From Escherichia coli (GTDB lineage Bacteria > Pseudomonadota > Gammaproteobacteria > Enterobacterales > Enterobacteriaceae), in NCBI RefSeq assembly GCF_030013595.1, contig NZ_CP122768.1: 64,000 nucleotides of DNA; one strand, given 5' to 3'. The notes beneath the pieces were generated by a model. That model made no database searches. It was not told where the DNA came from and worked only from the letters and a program-made list of their open reading frames with translations. Position numbers and translations under genes: made by a program. Position 1 is the stretch's first letter; each line of letters starts with the position of its first letter. Below, piece by piece: positions 34,469-45,439 of this stretch.

Positions 34469-35953
34469 ATGCGAAAAATAATTACTCATTTCAAAGTTGT
34501 TTTAACGTTACTTCTACCAGTAACCGTATCTGCCCAGCAGATACAGTGGCAATCCTGTATGGCCAGTCAATTCAACCACTGGTTTGGTGAGGAAAAACCG
34601 TCTCCTGACTTACTATGTGGTTATTTGTCTGTTCCATTAAAATATACAGACACAGGCGGAGATGCTTCTTATGAAAAAAAATCACAAGTCAAACTAGCGT
34701 TGACAAAATTGCCGGCAAAAAGCAAGCATAAAGGAAGTATCCTGATAATAAGTGGTGGTCCCGGGTTACCAGGCATAAATCCTTATATTAACTTTGACTG
34801 GCCAGTCACAAATCTTCGTGAGTCATGGGATATTATTGGATTTGATCCTCGAGGCGTCGGACAGTCCACTCCGACAATAAACTGCCGGCAATCAGATACA
34901 GAGACTCAGGAAAACATAACCGAAAAGCAACAAGTATTAAATAAAATTAATGCCTGTATCCATAATACCGGAGCCGAAGTCATTCGCCATATCGGCTCTA
35001 ACGAGGCTGTATACGATATTGATCGTATTAGGCAAGCCTTGGGGGATAAACAACTGACAGCCGTGGCGTATTCGTATGGAACTCAAATTGCAGCCTTATA
35101 TGCAGAACGTTTTCCCTACAACGTAAGATCTATCGTTCTTGATGGAGTCGTCGATATCGATGACCTGGAGGACAACTTCACATGGCAACTCAAACAGGCA
35201 CAGAGTTATCAGGAAACGTTTGATCGCTTTGCATCCTGGTGTGCGCGTACAAAAAGTTGCCCGCTTTCTTCAGACAGAGATAAGGCAATAACTCACTTCC
35301 ATGAGCTATTATCAAAATTACATCACAAACCTTTATTAGACAGTAAGGGAGAAAATATATCTTCAGGTGAACTCATATCATTAACAACAGACCTTCTGCT
35401 ATGGCGTTCATCATGGCCAACCCTTGCAACTGCCATACGCCAGTTCTCTCAGGGGATTGTCAGTAATGAAATTGAAACTGCGCTCAGTGCTCCGATAGCC
35501 TCAGAAGAGTCAAGCGATGCTTCGGGGGTAATCCTCTGTGTAGATCAGGGGGATGAGCAATTAACACCAGAAGAGCGAAAATCCCGAAAAGACGCTCTTG
35601 CGAATGCCTTCCCGGCTATTAACTTTGACAATGGACGTTCCGATTCACCTGATTTTTGTGAATTATGGCCAATACATAGCGACCTGAACAAAACTCGCCT
35701 GAAAAATACTGTTCTGCCCTCTGGTTTACTGTTTGTAGCACACAAATACGACCCAACAACGCCCTGGATTAATGCCCGTAAGATGGCAGAGAAATTTTCC
35801 AGCCCGTTACTAACAATAAATGGTGATGGGCATACATTAGCTCTCACCGGAGTTAATTTATGTGTAGATAAAGCAGTTGTACATCACCTGATCACTCCAC
35901 AAAAAATAGAAAATATATACTGCCCAGGAAATTCTGAAGCAGAAATACAATAA
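34469..35953 (+). CDS. Secreted alpha/beta-hydrolase, S33 (tripeptidyl-aminopeptidase-like) family; prophage cargo
   Basis: 494-aa ORF with N-terminal signal peptide (MRKIITHFKVVLTLLLPVTVSA), nucleophile elbow AYSYGT, AT-rich codon usage. Family call is from motifs only. Confidence 0.6.
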   Translation: MRKIITHFKVVLTLLLPVTVSAQQIQWQSCMASQFNHWFGEEKPSPDLLCGYLSVPLKYTDTGGDASYEKKSQVKLALTKLPAKSKHKGSILIISGGPGLPGINPYINFDWPVTNLRESWDIIGFDPRGVGQSTPTINCRQSDTETQENITEKQQVLNKINACIHNTGAEVIRHIGSNEAVYDIDRIRQALGDKQLTAVAYSYGTQIAALYAERFPYNVRSIVLDGVVDIDDLEDNFTWQLKQAQSYQETFDRFASWCARTKSCPLSSDRDKAITHFHELLSKLHHKPLLDSKGENISSGELISLTTDLLLWRSSWPTLATAIRQFSQGIVSNEIETALSAPIASEESSDASGVILCVDQGDEQLTPEERKSRKDALANAFPAINFDNGRSDSPDFCELWPIHSDLNKTRLKNTVLPSGLLFVAHKYDPTTPWINARKMAEKFSSPLLTINGDGHTLALTGVNLCVDKAVVHHLITPQKIENIYCPGNSEAEIQ

Positions 35954-35975
35954 TTTCAAAATATTCCGCTATTTG

Positions 35976-36020
35976 CTCCCAATGCAAAACATATATTGCA
36001 TTGGGAGCATATTCATATTT
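35976..36020 (+). terminator. Intrinsic terminator after the hydrolase gene
   Basis: Inverted repeat ctcccaatgca / tgcattgggag with 10-nt loop, followed by catattcatattttt. Confidence 0.6.
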
Positions 36021-36136
36021 TTGTTATTCTTGTATGAAATCGTCTCATGTACACGGTCCTTTTTTCGCCGAAAACTGATATTACTTTAATCAAAAGTTGA
36101 CGTGCCAGATTCGAAGTAAATTTATAAAATATCAAA

Positions 36137-36442
36137 TCAATATACATTTTGCACCTTCGAGATAGTAATGGCTGTTACTGTAACATGGGTTACAAACAGC
36201 TTCATACCCAGAGCTACTGATGTATCAACACGATTCAACAATACCCGATATTTATTCCATGCCTCCAGCAACGATCTTTCTTCCTCCGTTGCGATTTCCA
36301 GATCTACAGCATCCTGCAGTGGCGCAATATACTCACTGAATTCCTGGATGTAGAACTGTGTGGTGACGGTCTTCCAGCCATTCGGCTCCTGCTGTATCGA
36401 AGCATACCAGGCTATTTCAATATCGCTATGCTGCGGCAGCAT
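36137..36442 (-). pseudogene. tfaX: Tail fibre assembly protein fragment (Tfa C-terminal region fused to unrelated sequence)
   Basis: 101-aa ORF; residues ...[39 protein letters not shown] match the C-terminal conserved block of the full Tfa at 37222..37806; the rest does not. Confidence 0.6.
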
Positions 36443-36498
36443 TTAACCCCTTGTAATTCATCGCCATAATTGATTTAATTCACAAATAAAACTATAAC

Positions 36499-37167
36499 AT
36501 GGTGAAATTAATGAAAAAAAACACAGATGATGGGGCTAAAATTTACACACCACTTACCCTAAAGCTTTATGACTGGTGGGTTTTGGGAGTATCAAATCGG
36601 CTTGCATGGGGATGTCCTACAAAGGAACACCTTCTTCCACACTTTCTGGAACATTTAGGTAACAACCATCTGGATATTGGTGTTGGAACTGGGTTTTACC
36701 TTACTCACGTACCTGAGAGTAGTCTGATATCTTTAATGGATTTGAACGAAGCTAGCCTGAACGCGGCATCTACAAGGGCTGGGGAATCAAAAATTAAACA
36801 TAAAATTAGCCATGATGTTTTTGAACCTTATCCCGCGGCGTTACATGGTCAATTTGATTCCATTTCCATGTTTTACCTTCTTCACTGCCTGCCTGGAAAT
36901 ATATCTACAAAAAGCTGTGTAATACGCAATGCGGCGCAGGCCTTAACTGACGATGGAACTCTATACGGAGCCACAATTCTTGGCGATGGAGTTGTGCACA
37001 ATAGCTTCGGTCAAAAACTGATGCGCATTTACAATCAGAAAGGCATCTTTTCAAACACAAAAGATTCCGAAGAAGGCTTAACACATATACTCTCAGAGCA
37101 TTTCGAGAATGTTAAAACCAAGGTTCAAGGTACTGTAGTAATGTTTTCCGCTTCAGGGAAAAAATAG
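36499..37167 (+). CDS. ybcY: Class I SAM-dependent methyltransferase (YbcY-like prophage cargo)
   Basis: 222-aa ORF with motif DIGVGTGF (SAM-binding motif I); encoded opposite to the flanking tail-fibre genes; start codon uncertain. Confidence 0.65.
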   Translation: MVKLMKKNTDDGAKIYTPLTLKLYDWWVLGVSNRLAWGCPTKEHLLPHFLEHLGNNHLDIGVGTGFYLTHVPESSLISLMDLNEASLNAASTRAGESKIKHKISHDVFEPYPAALHGQFDSISMFYLLHCLPGNISTKSCVIRNAAQALTDDGTLYGATILGDGVVHNSFGQKLMRIYNQKGIFSNTKDSEEGLTHILSEHFENVKTKVQGTVVMFSASGKK

Positions 37168-37221
37168 CATCCAACCGCAGCACGTTCTTGCTTAAGACGT
37201 GCTGCGGCATAATCCCAATGA

Positions 37222-37806
37222 TTACTCCCTGACAGGGTTCGTAGGCCACTCAATATCAGGTGCAGTTGATGTATCAACACGGTTCAGCAACACCCGATAC
37301 TTTTTCCAGGCTTCCAGCAACGAGGTTTCTCCCTCCGTTGCGATTTCCAGATCTGCAGCATCCTGAAGTGGCGCAATATGCTCACTGGCTACCTGCATCA
37401 GGCTGTTTTTTGTTTCTTCCGCCTCCCGGATCCGGAACAGTTTTTCTGCTTCTGCATCTTTCACCCAGGTTGTGCCGTTCCACTTCTGAAACTCCCCTTC
37501 CGGGGATAACCAGGTGACATTTTCCGGTAATGAGCCGAGTTCAGAAATAAATAACGCGTCGCCGGAAGCCACGTCATAGACGGTTTTACCCCGATGGTCT
37601 TCAACGAGATGCCACGATGCCTCATCACTGTTGAAAACAGCCACAAAGCCAGCCGGAATATCTGGCGGTGCAATATCGGTACTGTTTGCTGGCAGACCTG
37701 TATGAGGCGGAATATATGCGTCACCTTCACCAATAAATTCATTAGTTCCGGCCAGCAGATTATAAATTTTTATGGTCCGTGGTTGTTCACTCATTCTGAA
37801 TGCCAT
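37222..37806 (-). CDS. tfa: Tail fibre assembly protein (lambda Tfa-like)
   Basis: 194-aa [42 protein letters not shown]... with C-terminal conserved block; start overlaps stf stop. Confidence 0.9.
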   Translation of the reverse strand: MAFRMSEQPRTIKIYNLLAGTNEFIGEGDAYIPPHTGLPANSTDIAPPDIPAGFVAVFNSDEASWHLVEDHRGKTVYDVASGDALFISELGSLPENVTWLSPEGEFQKWNGTTWVKDAEAEKLFRIREAEETKNSLMQVASEHIAPLQDAADLEIATEGETSLLEAWKKYRVLLNRVDTSTAPDIEWPTNPVRE

Positions 37807-40800
37807 TATGCAAGCCTCACAATATAGTTAAATGCGATGTTTTTGACGGTGTTTTCCGCGTTACCAGCAGCGTTAACGGTGATGGTGTGTCCATGTGAGC
37901 CAATCGCAACCGAGTGCGTATGAGCACCAATACCGACAGTATGTGCGTGTGCACCTGCGCTTGCAGCAGTGCCGGACAGTGAGTGGGTATGTGCGCCAGC
38001 AGATGATGTTGCATAGTTTTGATTATGCACAACAGACAATCTTGTTGATGCACTACCAGCACCGGAGTTAGCACTAGCCGTGTTCACGTTGGCTAGTGAG
38101 TGTGTGTGTGCTCCAGCCGAGTTTGTAGAGCCGCTCACACTGTGTGTATGTGCCCCGGTGTTATTCGTAGATTTAGTGCCGTAATCAAACGACGATGTGG
38201 TTTTCGTACCCAAATCCGTACTTGATGCGCTGGCGCTGTGGGTGTGCGATTTAATGCCGTCCTGTTCCTGAGACAATACGGCACGACCACTGGCGGGCTT
38301 GCCCTTAATCGTCCAGCCACGCATATCAGGGATCACGCCTGACGGATAAGCAACTGCAAGTTTCGGGTATGCAGATTTGTCAAAAGTCTGCCCCTGCATC
38401 AGGGCATAACCAGACGGAACGGTATCTGATGGCCACGGAATTGGTGCGCCAACTGGGTAGCTTTCTGGTGGAAGATTTTTCGAGGTATAAACTTCTGCCC
38501 AGCCTTCCTCAAAACCATAGCCATCTCTTGAGGAACGGTAGAACAGACCTCCATTTCTGTAATGCGCCTTCATCTGCAGGGTCCGGCAACTTCCGACTCC
38601 GGTATAGAAGTTAACCAGAATATAGCTGTCGCCAGAGCGGGTGACATTGTAAGCGCCTGATTCGGCATTCCAGGGAACGCCACCATCCGCATCGGCATAT
38701 GTATCCGTTGCCCTTCTGGCAAAAGCAGCCACATGCGCGGCGGTTAAAGTAATATCTTTTGAACCATCAAACTCAACCCCAGAAACCAGTCTTGGCGTTT
38801 GCAGCTTTGTTGCTGTCAATGCGTTACCGTTCAGACTTGCAGACAGTTTGGTTCCAATAACCAGTTCGCCGGTTGCGTTATCAATAGCAAACGGTCTTAA
38901 TGTATTCCAGCCACCATAAACATCACCTTGATTGGTAAGCAGCAGGTAAGTTTTAGCGCCATCATTACGCCATAATGCCCCATACTCCCCACCTATCATT
39001 CGAATCTGATTACCACCACGCGCTACAATTTCGTCTGTGGCAAAAAGTTTTTTGCACGACAAGTTATCGTTAACGATTAACGAATGGGACTCATAAAAAC
39101 CACGCCCACTCTTAAAATCAAGGATAACGTCCGCCGCGATACATTCAGTCGCTGGAATTGTTGCCCCAAACTTATAGGTCGTATCATTAACAACGAGATC
39201 AGCACCAGGTGCGGATATTGACAGGCCATCTTCGATAAACGCAAAAACAGGGAAAGCAGCGCCATCAACATAGAACACAGAGCGCAAATCATCGCCCTTA
39301 TTACTCATCATTATTGAGTGGATGGCTCGTTCATTGTTTTGATATTGCCAGAACATTCCATAAGCATAACGCCCCCTGTCAGTCCAGCCACCAGGCATAA
39401 CAAATCCGTTAAACTCGCAGTTATTCATCGGATCGCCTGCGGTTCGCGTTGCCGTGGTGATAATGACCCTTGATGCCAGTTCGCTTACTGAGCCAGCAGA
39501 ACGCATAACAACAACAGGGTAATATTTTCCAGATGTTGCACCTGCAGGAGCGTTAACCCGCACATAACGCATACCACGCTTATCAGCAAAGTCTGTTTTA
39601 CTGACCGCGTTAATGTTGTTCAGGAAGCGTCCCTTATCGGGTATATCAGCGCCGTTCTGGTCTTTCTGCAGACGTTTCTCTGCATTGTCATAGGCTGATT
39701 TTACTGACTTTGGCGTTGCCGCCAGCGTTTCAGACGTACTGTTGGTCGCACTGCTGAGCTGTACTATCCCCTTTTTCGTCGTACTTGCATCCTCAAGCGC
39801 CACGGCGGATGCAATATCCTCTGCCCGTTTAGCTGCTGTCTCGGCGCGCGTTGCCGCGGATTCCGCCGTACTTTTGCTCTGTGCTGCCGCTGTCGCACTG
39901 CCAGCAGCCTCTGTCGCCTTCGTGGATGCCGTCGTGGCGCTGCCCTTCGCTGCTGACGCCTGTCTGGTCGCCTCATCTTTTGAAGCAGACGCAGATGATG
40001 CCGATGACGCCGCCGAACTGGCGGACGATGCCGCTGCCGTTTTTGAGGATTCTGCGCTGGTTTCCGACGCTTTCGCGTTCGTTTCGGATGTCTTCGCTGC
40101 GGATGCAGACCTCGCTGCTGCGCTGGCCTGTTCAGCGGCTTCGCCAGCCTTCGTTGTGGCTGTTGAAGCGGACAATGCAGCGCTTTCTGCCGATTTTCCG
40201 GCGGCGGTGGCACTGGCTGAGGCCTGCCCGGCACTTGTTGACGCTGCACTGGCAGACGACGCAGCCGCTGTTTTTGAGCCTGCCGCAGCTGAGGCGCTCT
40301 GTCCCGCTGCCGTTTCAGAAGACCTGGCGTTCGTCTCGGACGTTTTTGCCGCCTTCGCGGAATTTCCTGCCGCCGTTGCCGAGGAAGCTGCACTACTGGC
40401 GCTCGAGGCTGCGCTCGTTTCTGATGATTTTGCAGCCTCTTTTGAGGCCGCCGCATCCCGGGCCGAGGTCGCAGCTTCTGATGCCTTCGTGGTCGCGGTG
40501 GATGCAGATGTGGCTGCTGATTGTTGTGACGCTGAAGCATTCGTTTCTGACGTTTTCGCCGCACCGGCACTGGTGGCCGCCGCGCTTTTTGAGGACTCTG
40601 CAGCGGCAGCACTTTTTGATGCTTCAGTGGCCTTTGTTGATGCCGTTCCTGCGCTGGAAGACGCTGACTGAGCCGACGAAGCGGCCTGTCCGGCTGACGT
40701 GCTGGCTGCGCGTGCTGAGCCTGCAGCATCAGTCGCATGGGTTGCCGCCTCACGGGCAGATGTGCCGGCATCGCCGGCTGACTTCTTCGCGGCTGCCGTG

Positions 40801-41168
40801 TTCTGTGCCACCACGGACGCGTTACGCGCCACCTCTTCCACCATCAGCTCAAAACGGCGCAGTGCCTCCGGACGGGCATCATCCTCCGTCATGGCACCGA
40901 GAAAATCATTCAGCGTACCGGGTCGGGAATCTTCATACACTGTGATAGTCCCGGCATGTGACGGCGGGAATCCTTCCACCAACAGAATAACGCTGTACTG
41001 ACCGTACTCAACGTCCATACTGTAACGCCCGGCTTCATCCGGATTTTCTGAGGCCAGCGTGTTCACCACCACCGTGGTGCTGTTACGTTTTGCTTTCAGC
41101 TGGATTGTGCAGTTCTGTACCGGTTTTCCTGTGCCGTCTTTCAGTACACCTGAAATCTTTACTGCCAT
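37806..41168 (-). CDS. stf: Side tail fibre protein (lambda Stf-like), with long Ala/Ser-rich region and C-terminal HxH repeats
   Basis: ORF 37806..41174; begins (MNM)[31 protein letters not shown]...; about 480 aa of A/S/T-rich low complexity; C-terminus has repeated GAHTHS motifs. Confidence 0.9.
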   Translation of the reverse strand: MAVKISGVLKDGTGKPVQNCTIQLKAKRNSTTVVVNTLASENPDEAGRYSMDVEYGQYSVILLVEGFPPSHAGTITVYEDSRPGTLNDFLGAMTEDDARPEALRRFELMVEEVARNASVVAQNTAAAKKSAGDAGTSAREAATHATDAAGSARAASTSAGQAASSAQSASSSAGTASTKATEASKSAAAAESSKSAAATSAGAAKTSETNASASQQSAATSASTATTKASEAATSARDAAASKEAAKSSETSAASSASSAASSATAAGNSAKAAKTSETNARSSETAAGQSASAAAGSKTAAASSASAASTSAGQASASATAAGKSAESAALSASTATTKAGEAAEQASAAARSASAAKTSETNAKASETSAESSKTAAASSASSAASSASSASASKDEATRQASAAKGSATTASTKATEAAGSATAAAQSKSTAESAATRAETAAKRAEDIASAVALEDASTTKKGIVQLSSATNSTSETLAATPKSVKSAYDNAEKRLQKDQNGADIPDKGRFLNNINAVSKTDFADKRGMRYVRVNAPAGATSGKYYPVVVMRSAGSVSELASRVIITTATRTAGDPMNNCEFNGFVMPGGWTDRGRYAYGMFWQYQNNERAIHSIMMSNKGDDLRSVFYVDGAAFPVFAFIEDGLSISAPGADLVVNDTTYKFGATIPATECIAADVILDFKSGRGFYESHSLIVNDNLSCKKLFATDEIVARGGNQIRMIGGEYGALWRNDGAKTYLLLTNQGDVYGGWNTLRPFAIDNATGELVIGTKLSASLNGNALTATKLQTPRLVSGVEFDGSKDITLTAAHVAAFARRATDTYADADGGVPWNAESGAYNVTRSGDSYILVNFYTGVGSCRTLQMKAHYRNGGLFYRSSRDGYGFEEGWAEVYTSKNLPPESYPVGAPIPWPSDTVPSGYALMQGQTFDKSAYPKLAVAYPSGVIPDMRGWTIKGKPASGRAVLSQEQDGIKSHTHSASASSTDLGTKTTSSFDYGTKSTNNTGAHTHSVSGSTNSAGAHTHSLANVNTASANSGAGSASTRLSVVHNQNYATSSAGAHTHSLSGTAASAGAHAHTVGIGAHTHSVAIGSHGHTITVNAAGNAENTVKNIAFNYIVRLA

Positions 41169-41232
41169 ATTCACCCCACAAAAAAGCCCGCCTGAACCGG
41201 CGGGCTGTCATAACACTGTGTTACCTGGCTAA

Positions 41233-41832
41233 TCAGAATTTATAACCGACACCCACGATGAACCCGTCAGTGCGCCAGTCACCGCTGCCGGAGCCTTCAT
41301 AAGCGACGTCAACGGCCACGGATTCGGTCGGGTTAAACTGCACGCCAGCTCCCCACGCCAGAGACGTGTTGCTGTGGCGACCGTCATCACTTCCGGTCAG
41401 CACATCGTGCGTTTTCCCCTTGTTGTCAGTTACGCGGATATAATCTCCGGAGAAAGTCGACACACGGCTGTAAGCCATACCCGCCATCGCATACGCGCTG
41501 AACCATTCATTCACGCGCACAGACGGCCCCGCCATCACGCTGAACCAGCGGTTACGCACGGAATCTTCATGCCAGCGGGTATCGCTGTAATGCGTTTTTT
41601 GCTCATCTTCAGCGTTGGTATAACTGAATGACGTAATCAGCCCCAGCGTGTCCGTAAACTCATAACGGTATTTCACGTTAATCCCGTTCAGATTATCGCT
41701 GCCGGGAGCGTTCGTACGGGCATGAAGATACCCTGCGCTCAGTGTGGCCTGCTGCTCAGACGCCCATGCAGGCGCACCGGATACGGCCAGACAGATGGCT
41801 GCGGACAAAATGGCTGCACAAACTTTACGCAT
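41233..41832 (-). CDS. lom: Lom outer-membrane protein (Ail/Lom family; prophage moron)
   Basis: 199-aa ORF with signal peptide MRKVCAAILSAAICLAVSGAPAWA and beta-barrel-like C-terminus ending GYKF. Confidence 0.9.
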   Translation of the reverse strand: MRKVCAAILSAAICLAVSGAPAWASEQQATLSAGYLHARTNAPGSDNLNGINVKYRYEFTDTLGLITSFSYTNAEDEQKTHYSDTRWHEDSVRNRWFSVMAGPSVRVNEWFSAYAMAGMAYSRVSTFSGDYIRVTDNKGKTHDVLTGSDDGRHSNTSLAWGAGVQFNPTESVAVDVAYEGSGSGDWRTDGFIVGVGYKF

Positions 41833-41899
41833 AATTACCTCTCGCTTTTCTGCAATAAAAAAGGCGCCATTTCTGGCGCCCGTATATGGGTTATAAAAT

Positions 41900-44800
41900 T
41901 CAGCTGATACTGATGCCTGCGGTGGCTTTCTTCATCACCACAACCAGCAAATCGCTGATACTTGCTGTGGGATACCAGTTATTTACCAGCCATGCTGACA
42001 CCGAAAACTCCAGTGTCATGTGACCGTGACCGGCAGGCATATCAATAACACCACTGTAAATCAGCGTATTATCCAGCGCGGTACGGTTATAAATTTCAGC
42101 ACCGTTTTTCCGTACTATCAGACGGCATGAGGAGTAAATATCAGTATGCTCTTTCTCATGTTTAGCGCCGCTGAATGCCACCGCCGGAATAACAATCTGC
42201 CGGTCAAACGGCTGATCGTCATAAACCCTGACGGTGATGGTCCCTGATGGCCACCGTTCCGGTGCACGGGAGTCCCGGGGGAAAGCTTTGCCCACTGTTT
42301 TAACGAGATCGCCTTCAATCTGGTTCGCGGACAGTTTTCCCAGAACCCGACAGTTCTCGTTAATCGTGACGTTGTTGAGCGTCCCGGAGTTCGCATTCAC
42401 GTTACCGCTGATATCGGCATTTTTCGCCGTCAGCCGCCCGTCCGGTGTCAGGGAAAATGCCGGTGGATTTCCGCCGCTGGTAATGGTGGGAGCCGTCAGG
42501 CGTTTCAGGAACACGTCGTTCATGAATATCTGATCGCCCTGACCAACAAACATCGGCTTTGTGTTGCCATTCGCAGGATTAATCATCGCAATCCGGTCAG
42601 CAGCCAGAAGCACCTGACTCTGCATACCTGCTGGCGTATTCTCAATACCGGCTCCGATACCCGCAATATAAAGGCGTCCGTCCTTCATCTGCTGCAGTTT
42701 CACGGCCCACATGCTGTTCAGGTTATTATTTGTATCAACCTGAACTTTCTGTATCTGCTGGATTGCCGCGCTCTGATTTTCCAGTTTCTTATTGACGGTC
42801 TGTGTGATTTCATTGCTGACATCCGTAATGGACGTCCTGATTTCAGCCAGGTCAGGCGCAAGCTGATCGTTATCAATCTGCGTCCACAGCTCCTGAGCCA
42901 GATGGGTTTTCCCTATCTCGCCTTTGAAAAAATCCAGATAGCCGGATGCGTCATCACTCGGCTGACCGACAGCCTCCACGAATGCCGATTTGCCAACAGT
43001 GTTCACACTGCGAACGTAAAAATAATAATCATGGCCCGGCTTAATATTGATACTGGCAGCTATCCAGTACAGCGCCGTACCAAGATAGCGCGCTGTGGTT
43101 TCAACCTGCCTGATATCCGCAATCCGCTTTTCCGAGAACCAGAACTCAAACTGTACCGTCGGATCATAAACGGCAAGATGCGGCGTGGCGGTTATCTGAA
43201 AATAGCCCGGCGTCAGCTCAATCCGCGACGGTGCTGCCGGTGCGGCAATCCGGAACGATACCGATGCCGGATCGCCCTGCTGTCCCCACGCATTTACCGC
43301 CCGGACTGTCAGCCTGTAGTTCCCCAGCGCCAGCTGCCTGAAGCGGTATGTGGTTTCCGTCGTCCGGGCCGTGCTGACCAGCCGCTCACTGCCGTCATCG
43401 GCGGCCACGGTCAGGCGAAGCATAAAGCTCACACCCTTCACCACCTTCGGCGTGTCCCAGCGCGCCAGCACCTGATACTCCCCACTGTCTGCGGTGACTT
43501 CTGCGGTCAGGTGCTGCACCGCTGGCGGCGTGACACCATTCACCGTGCCGCTCTGGTCGCCGTCAAAGTGCGCCCCGTTATCCACGATGGCTTCTTTCTC
43601 CGGTACATGCTGCACGGCAGTGATGGCATACGTGCCGTCATCGTTCTCACGGATACTCACACAGCGGAACAGGCGCTGGCGCAACGTCGGCAGCTTCAGC
43701 CCCCACACGCTGTATTCTGCAACGCCGTCAGGAACACGGCTCACTTTCACCTTCACACCGTCGGTGACGGACTGAACCTCCACGCTGACCGGATTGCCAC
43801 TTCCGTCAACCAGGCTTATCAGCGTGGTACCGGAGGATGGCAGCGTGATTTCACGGTCGAGCGTCAGCGTCCGGGTCTGGCTGTTCACCGCCAGCACGCG
43901 CCCGCCGGTGCTGATACCGGCATAGTCATCATCGCAGATTTCAATGACATCGCCCGGCACATGGCGAAGCCCTTCTGCGCCCACGCTGAAATCCACGGTC
44001 TGCGTTTCCAGCAGTTCCGTTTTAATCAGCCACAGCCCGGCGCGGTGTGCCTGCCCCCGGCTGGTACAGCCAAAGGCATCCATCTTCGTAACATTACGAC
44101 CGTAACGGGCAATGGCCTGCGTATCTTCAACAAGCTCTGTCGCCGTCTCCCAGCCGTTATCCGGGTCAATCCAGTTCACCTCAACGGCATTATGGCGGTC
44201 CTTCAGGGCGCTGAAGCTGTAGCGGAACGGCGCGCCATCATCCGGCATCACCACATTACTGCGGTTATAGGTCCACACCTTATCCGACGGTCGGTCCTGC
44301 ACGAACGTCAGCGTCTGCCCGTTCCATACCGGCATACAGCGCATCGCCGAGCAGAAATCGCTGAGCACATCCCACGCCTTACGTTGTGTGGTCAGCCAGG
44401 CATTACAGGTGATGCGCGGCTCCGTGCCGCCAAAACCGTCCGGCACCGACTGGTCGCAGTACTGGCCGATGACATACAGCGCCCATTTATCCACATCTGC
44501 CGCACCAAGACGTTTCCCCATGCCGTAGCGCGGATGGGTCAGCATATCCCACAGACACCAGGCCATGTTGTTGCTGTATGCTGGCTTAAACGTTCCATCC
44601 CAGATACCGCTGTATTGCCGCGTCTGCGGGTTATAGTTCGACGGCACCTGCAGAATGCGCCCGCGCAGATGATAATTACGGCTCACCTGCTGGCTGCCGA
44701 ACTGCTCCGAGTCCACCTGCACGCCGACCAGTGCCGTGTTCGGGTAGCACTGTTTCACATCTATAATTTCGGTGTATGACGACCAGAGCGTTTTGTTCTG

Positions 44801-45379
44801 CAGCTGGTCTGTGGTGCTGTCCGGCGTCATCCTGCGCATCCGGATACTGAACGGGCGCGGCGGCAGGTTATCCACCACCACCGAGGCCAGATACTGCGAG
44901 GTGGTTTTGCCCTTAATGGTGATGTCTTTTTCCGTCACCCAGCCACCGTTACGTTGTATCTGAACCAGCAGGCGGACTTCCGATGGATTCCTGTCACCCT
45001 TTGAGGTGGTTTCCACCAGTGCCTGCACACCGAAGGTAAAGCGCAGTCGGTCGATGTTTGCCGACGTGATGGCGCGGGTGATCGGCGTGTCGTATTTCAC
45101 TTCCGTACCCAGCACCGTCTCGGAGCCGGAGGATTCAAATCCCTCCGGCGGAGTCTGCTCCTGCTCACCAGCCCGGAACACCACCGTGACACCGGCGATG
45201 TTGGTATTCCCCTCACTGTCCAGCACCGGCGTACTGTTCAGCAGCACGCTTTTTAATCCATCCACCGGACCTTCAATCGGCCCTTCACTGATGGCATCAA
45301 TCACACTCAGCAACTGCGTGGATTTCAGGTTGTCCTTCGCTTCGCGCGGGGTATGCCCCTTACTGCTGCCTTTACCCAT
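41900..45379 (-). CDS. J: Tail tip / host-specificity protein J (central tail fibre)
   Basis: 1159-aa [50 protein letters not shown]... Confidence 0.95.
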   Translation of the reverse strand: MGKGSSKGHTPREAKDNLKSTQLLSVIDAISEGPIEGPVDGLKSVLLNSTPVLDSEGNTNIAGVTVVFRAGEQEQTPPEGFESSGSETVLGTEVKYDTPITRAITSANIDRLRFTFGVQALVETTSKGDRNPSEVRLLVQIQRNGGWVTEKDITIKGKTTSQYLASVVVDNLPPRPFSIRMRRMTPDSTTDQLQNKTLWSSYTEIIDVKQCYPNTALVGVQVDSEQFGSQQVSRNYHLRGRILQVPSNYNPQTRQYSGIWDGTFKPAYSNNMAWCLWDMLTHPRYGMGKRLGAADVDKWALYVIGQYCDQSVPDGFGGTEPRITCNAWLTTQRKAWDVLSDFCSAMRCMPVWNGQTLTFVQDRPSDKVWTYNRSNVVMPDDGAPFRYSFSALKDRHNAVEVNWIDPDNGWETATELVEDTQAIARYGRNVTKMDAFGCTSRGQAHRAGLWLIKTELLETQTVDFSVGAEGLRHVPGDVIEICDDDYAGISTGGRVLAVNSQTRTLTLDREITLPSSGTTLISLVDGSGNPVSVEVQSVTDGVKVKVSRVPDGVAEYSVWGLKLPTLRQRLFRCVSIRENDDGTYAITAVQHVPEKEAIVDNGAHFDGDQSGTVNGVTPPAVQHLTAEVTADSGEYQVLARWDTPKVVKGVSFMLRLTVAADDGSERLVSTARTTETTYRFRQLALGNYRLTVRAVNAWGQQGDPASVSFRIAAPAAPSRIELTPGYFQITATPHLAVYDPTVQFEFWFSEKRIADIRQVETTARYLGTALYWIAASINIKPGHDYYFYVRSVNTVGKSAFVEAVGQPSDDASGYLDFFKGEIGKTHLAQELWTQIDNDQLAPDLAEIRTSITDVSNEITQTVNKKLENQSAAIQQIQKVQVDTNNNLNSMWAVKLQQMKDGRLYIAGIGAGIENTPAGMQSQVLLAADRIAMINPANGNTKPMFVGQGDQIFMNDVFLKRLTAPTITSGGNPPAFSLTPDGRLTAKNADISGNVNANSGTLNNVTINENCRVLGKLSANQIEGDLVKTVGKAFPRDSRAPERWPSGTITVRVYDDQPFDRQIVIPAVAFSGAKHEKEHTDIYSSCRLIVRKNGAEIYNRTALDNTLIYSGVIDMPAGHGHMTLEFSVSAWLVNNWYPTASISDLLVVVMKKATAGISIS

Positions 45380-45439
45380 TCGTCACGCTCCATAAACGAC
45401 AAAACCGCCCGCAGGCGGTTTCACATAAAACATTTTTCA

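Noticed and set aside
36137-37806. Possible invertible tail-fibre switch (Mu G-segment or e14 type)
   Set aside because: The two Tfa-related segments are in the same orientation, not inverted, and no invertase gene is visible nearby in the window.
39742-40945. Several long ORFs on both strands (309, 335 and 364 aa) rich in Ala/Arg/Pro/Gln
   Set aside because: All fall within the low-complexity Ala/Ser-rich repeat region of stf; repeated GCN-rich codons create open frames in every phase. The stf frame alone has conserved N- and C-terminal domains.
42902-44779. 625-aa plus-strand ORF
   Set aside because: Lies entirely antisense to the well-supported J gene; Arg/His/Pro-rich composition typical of an antisense frame in GC-rich coding DNA; no start context or domain-like features.
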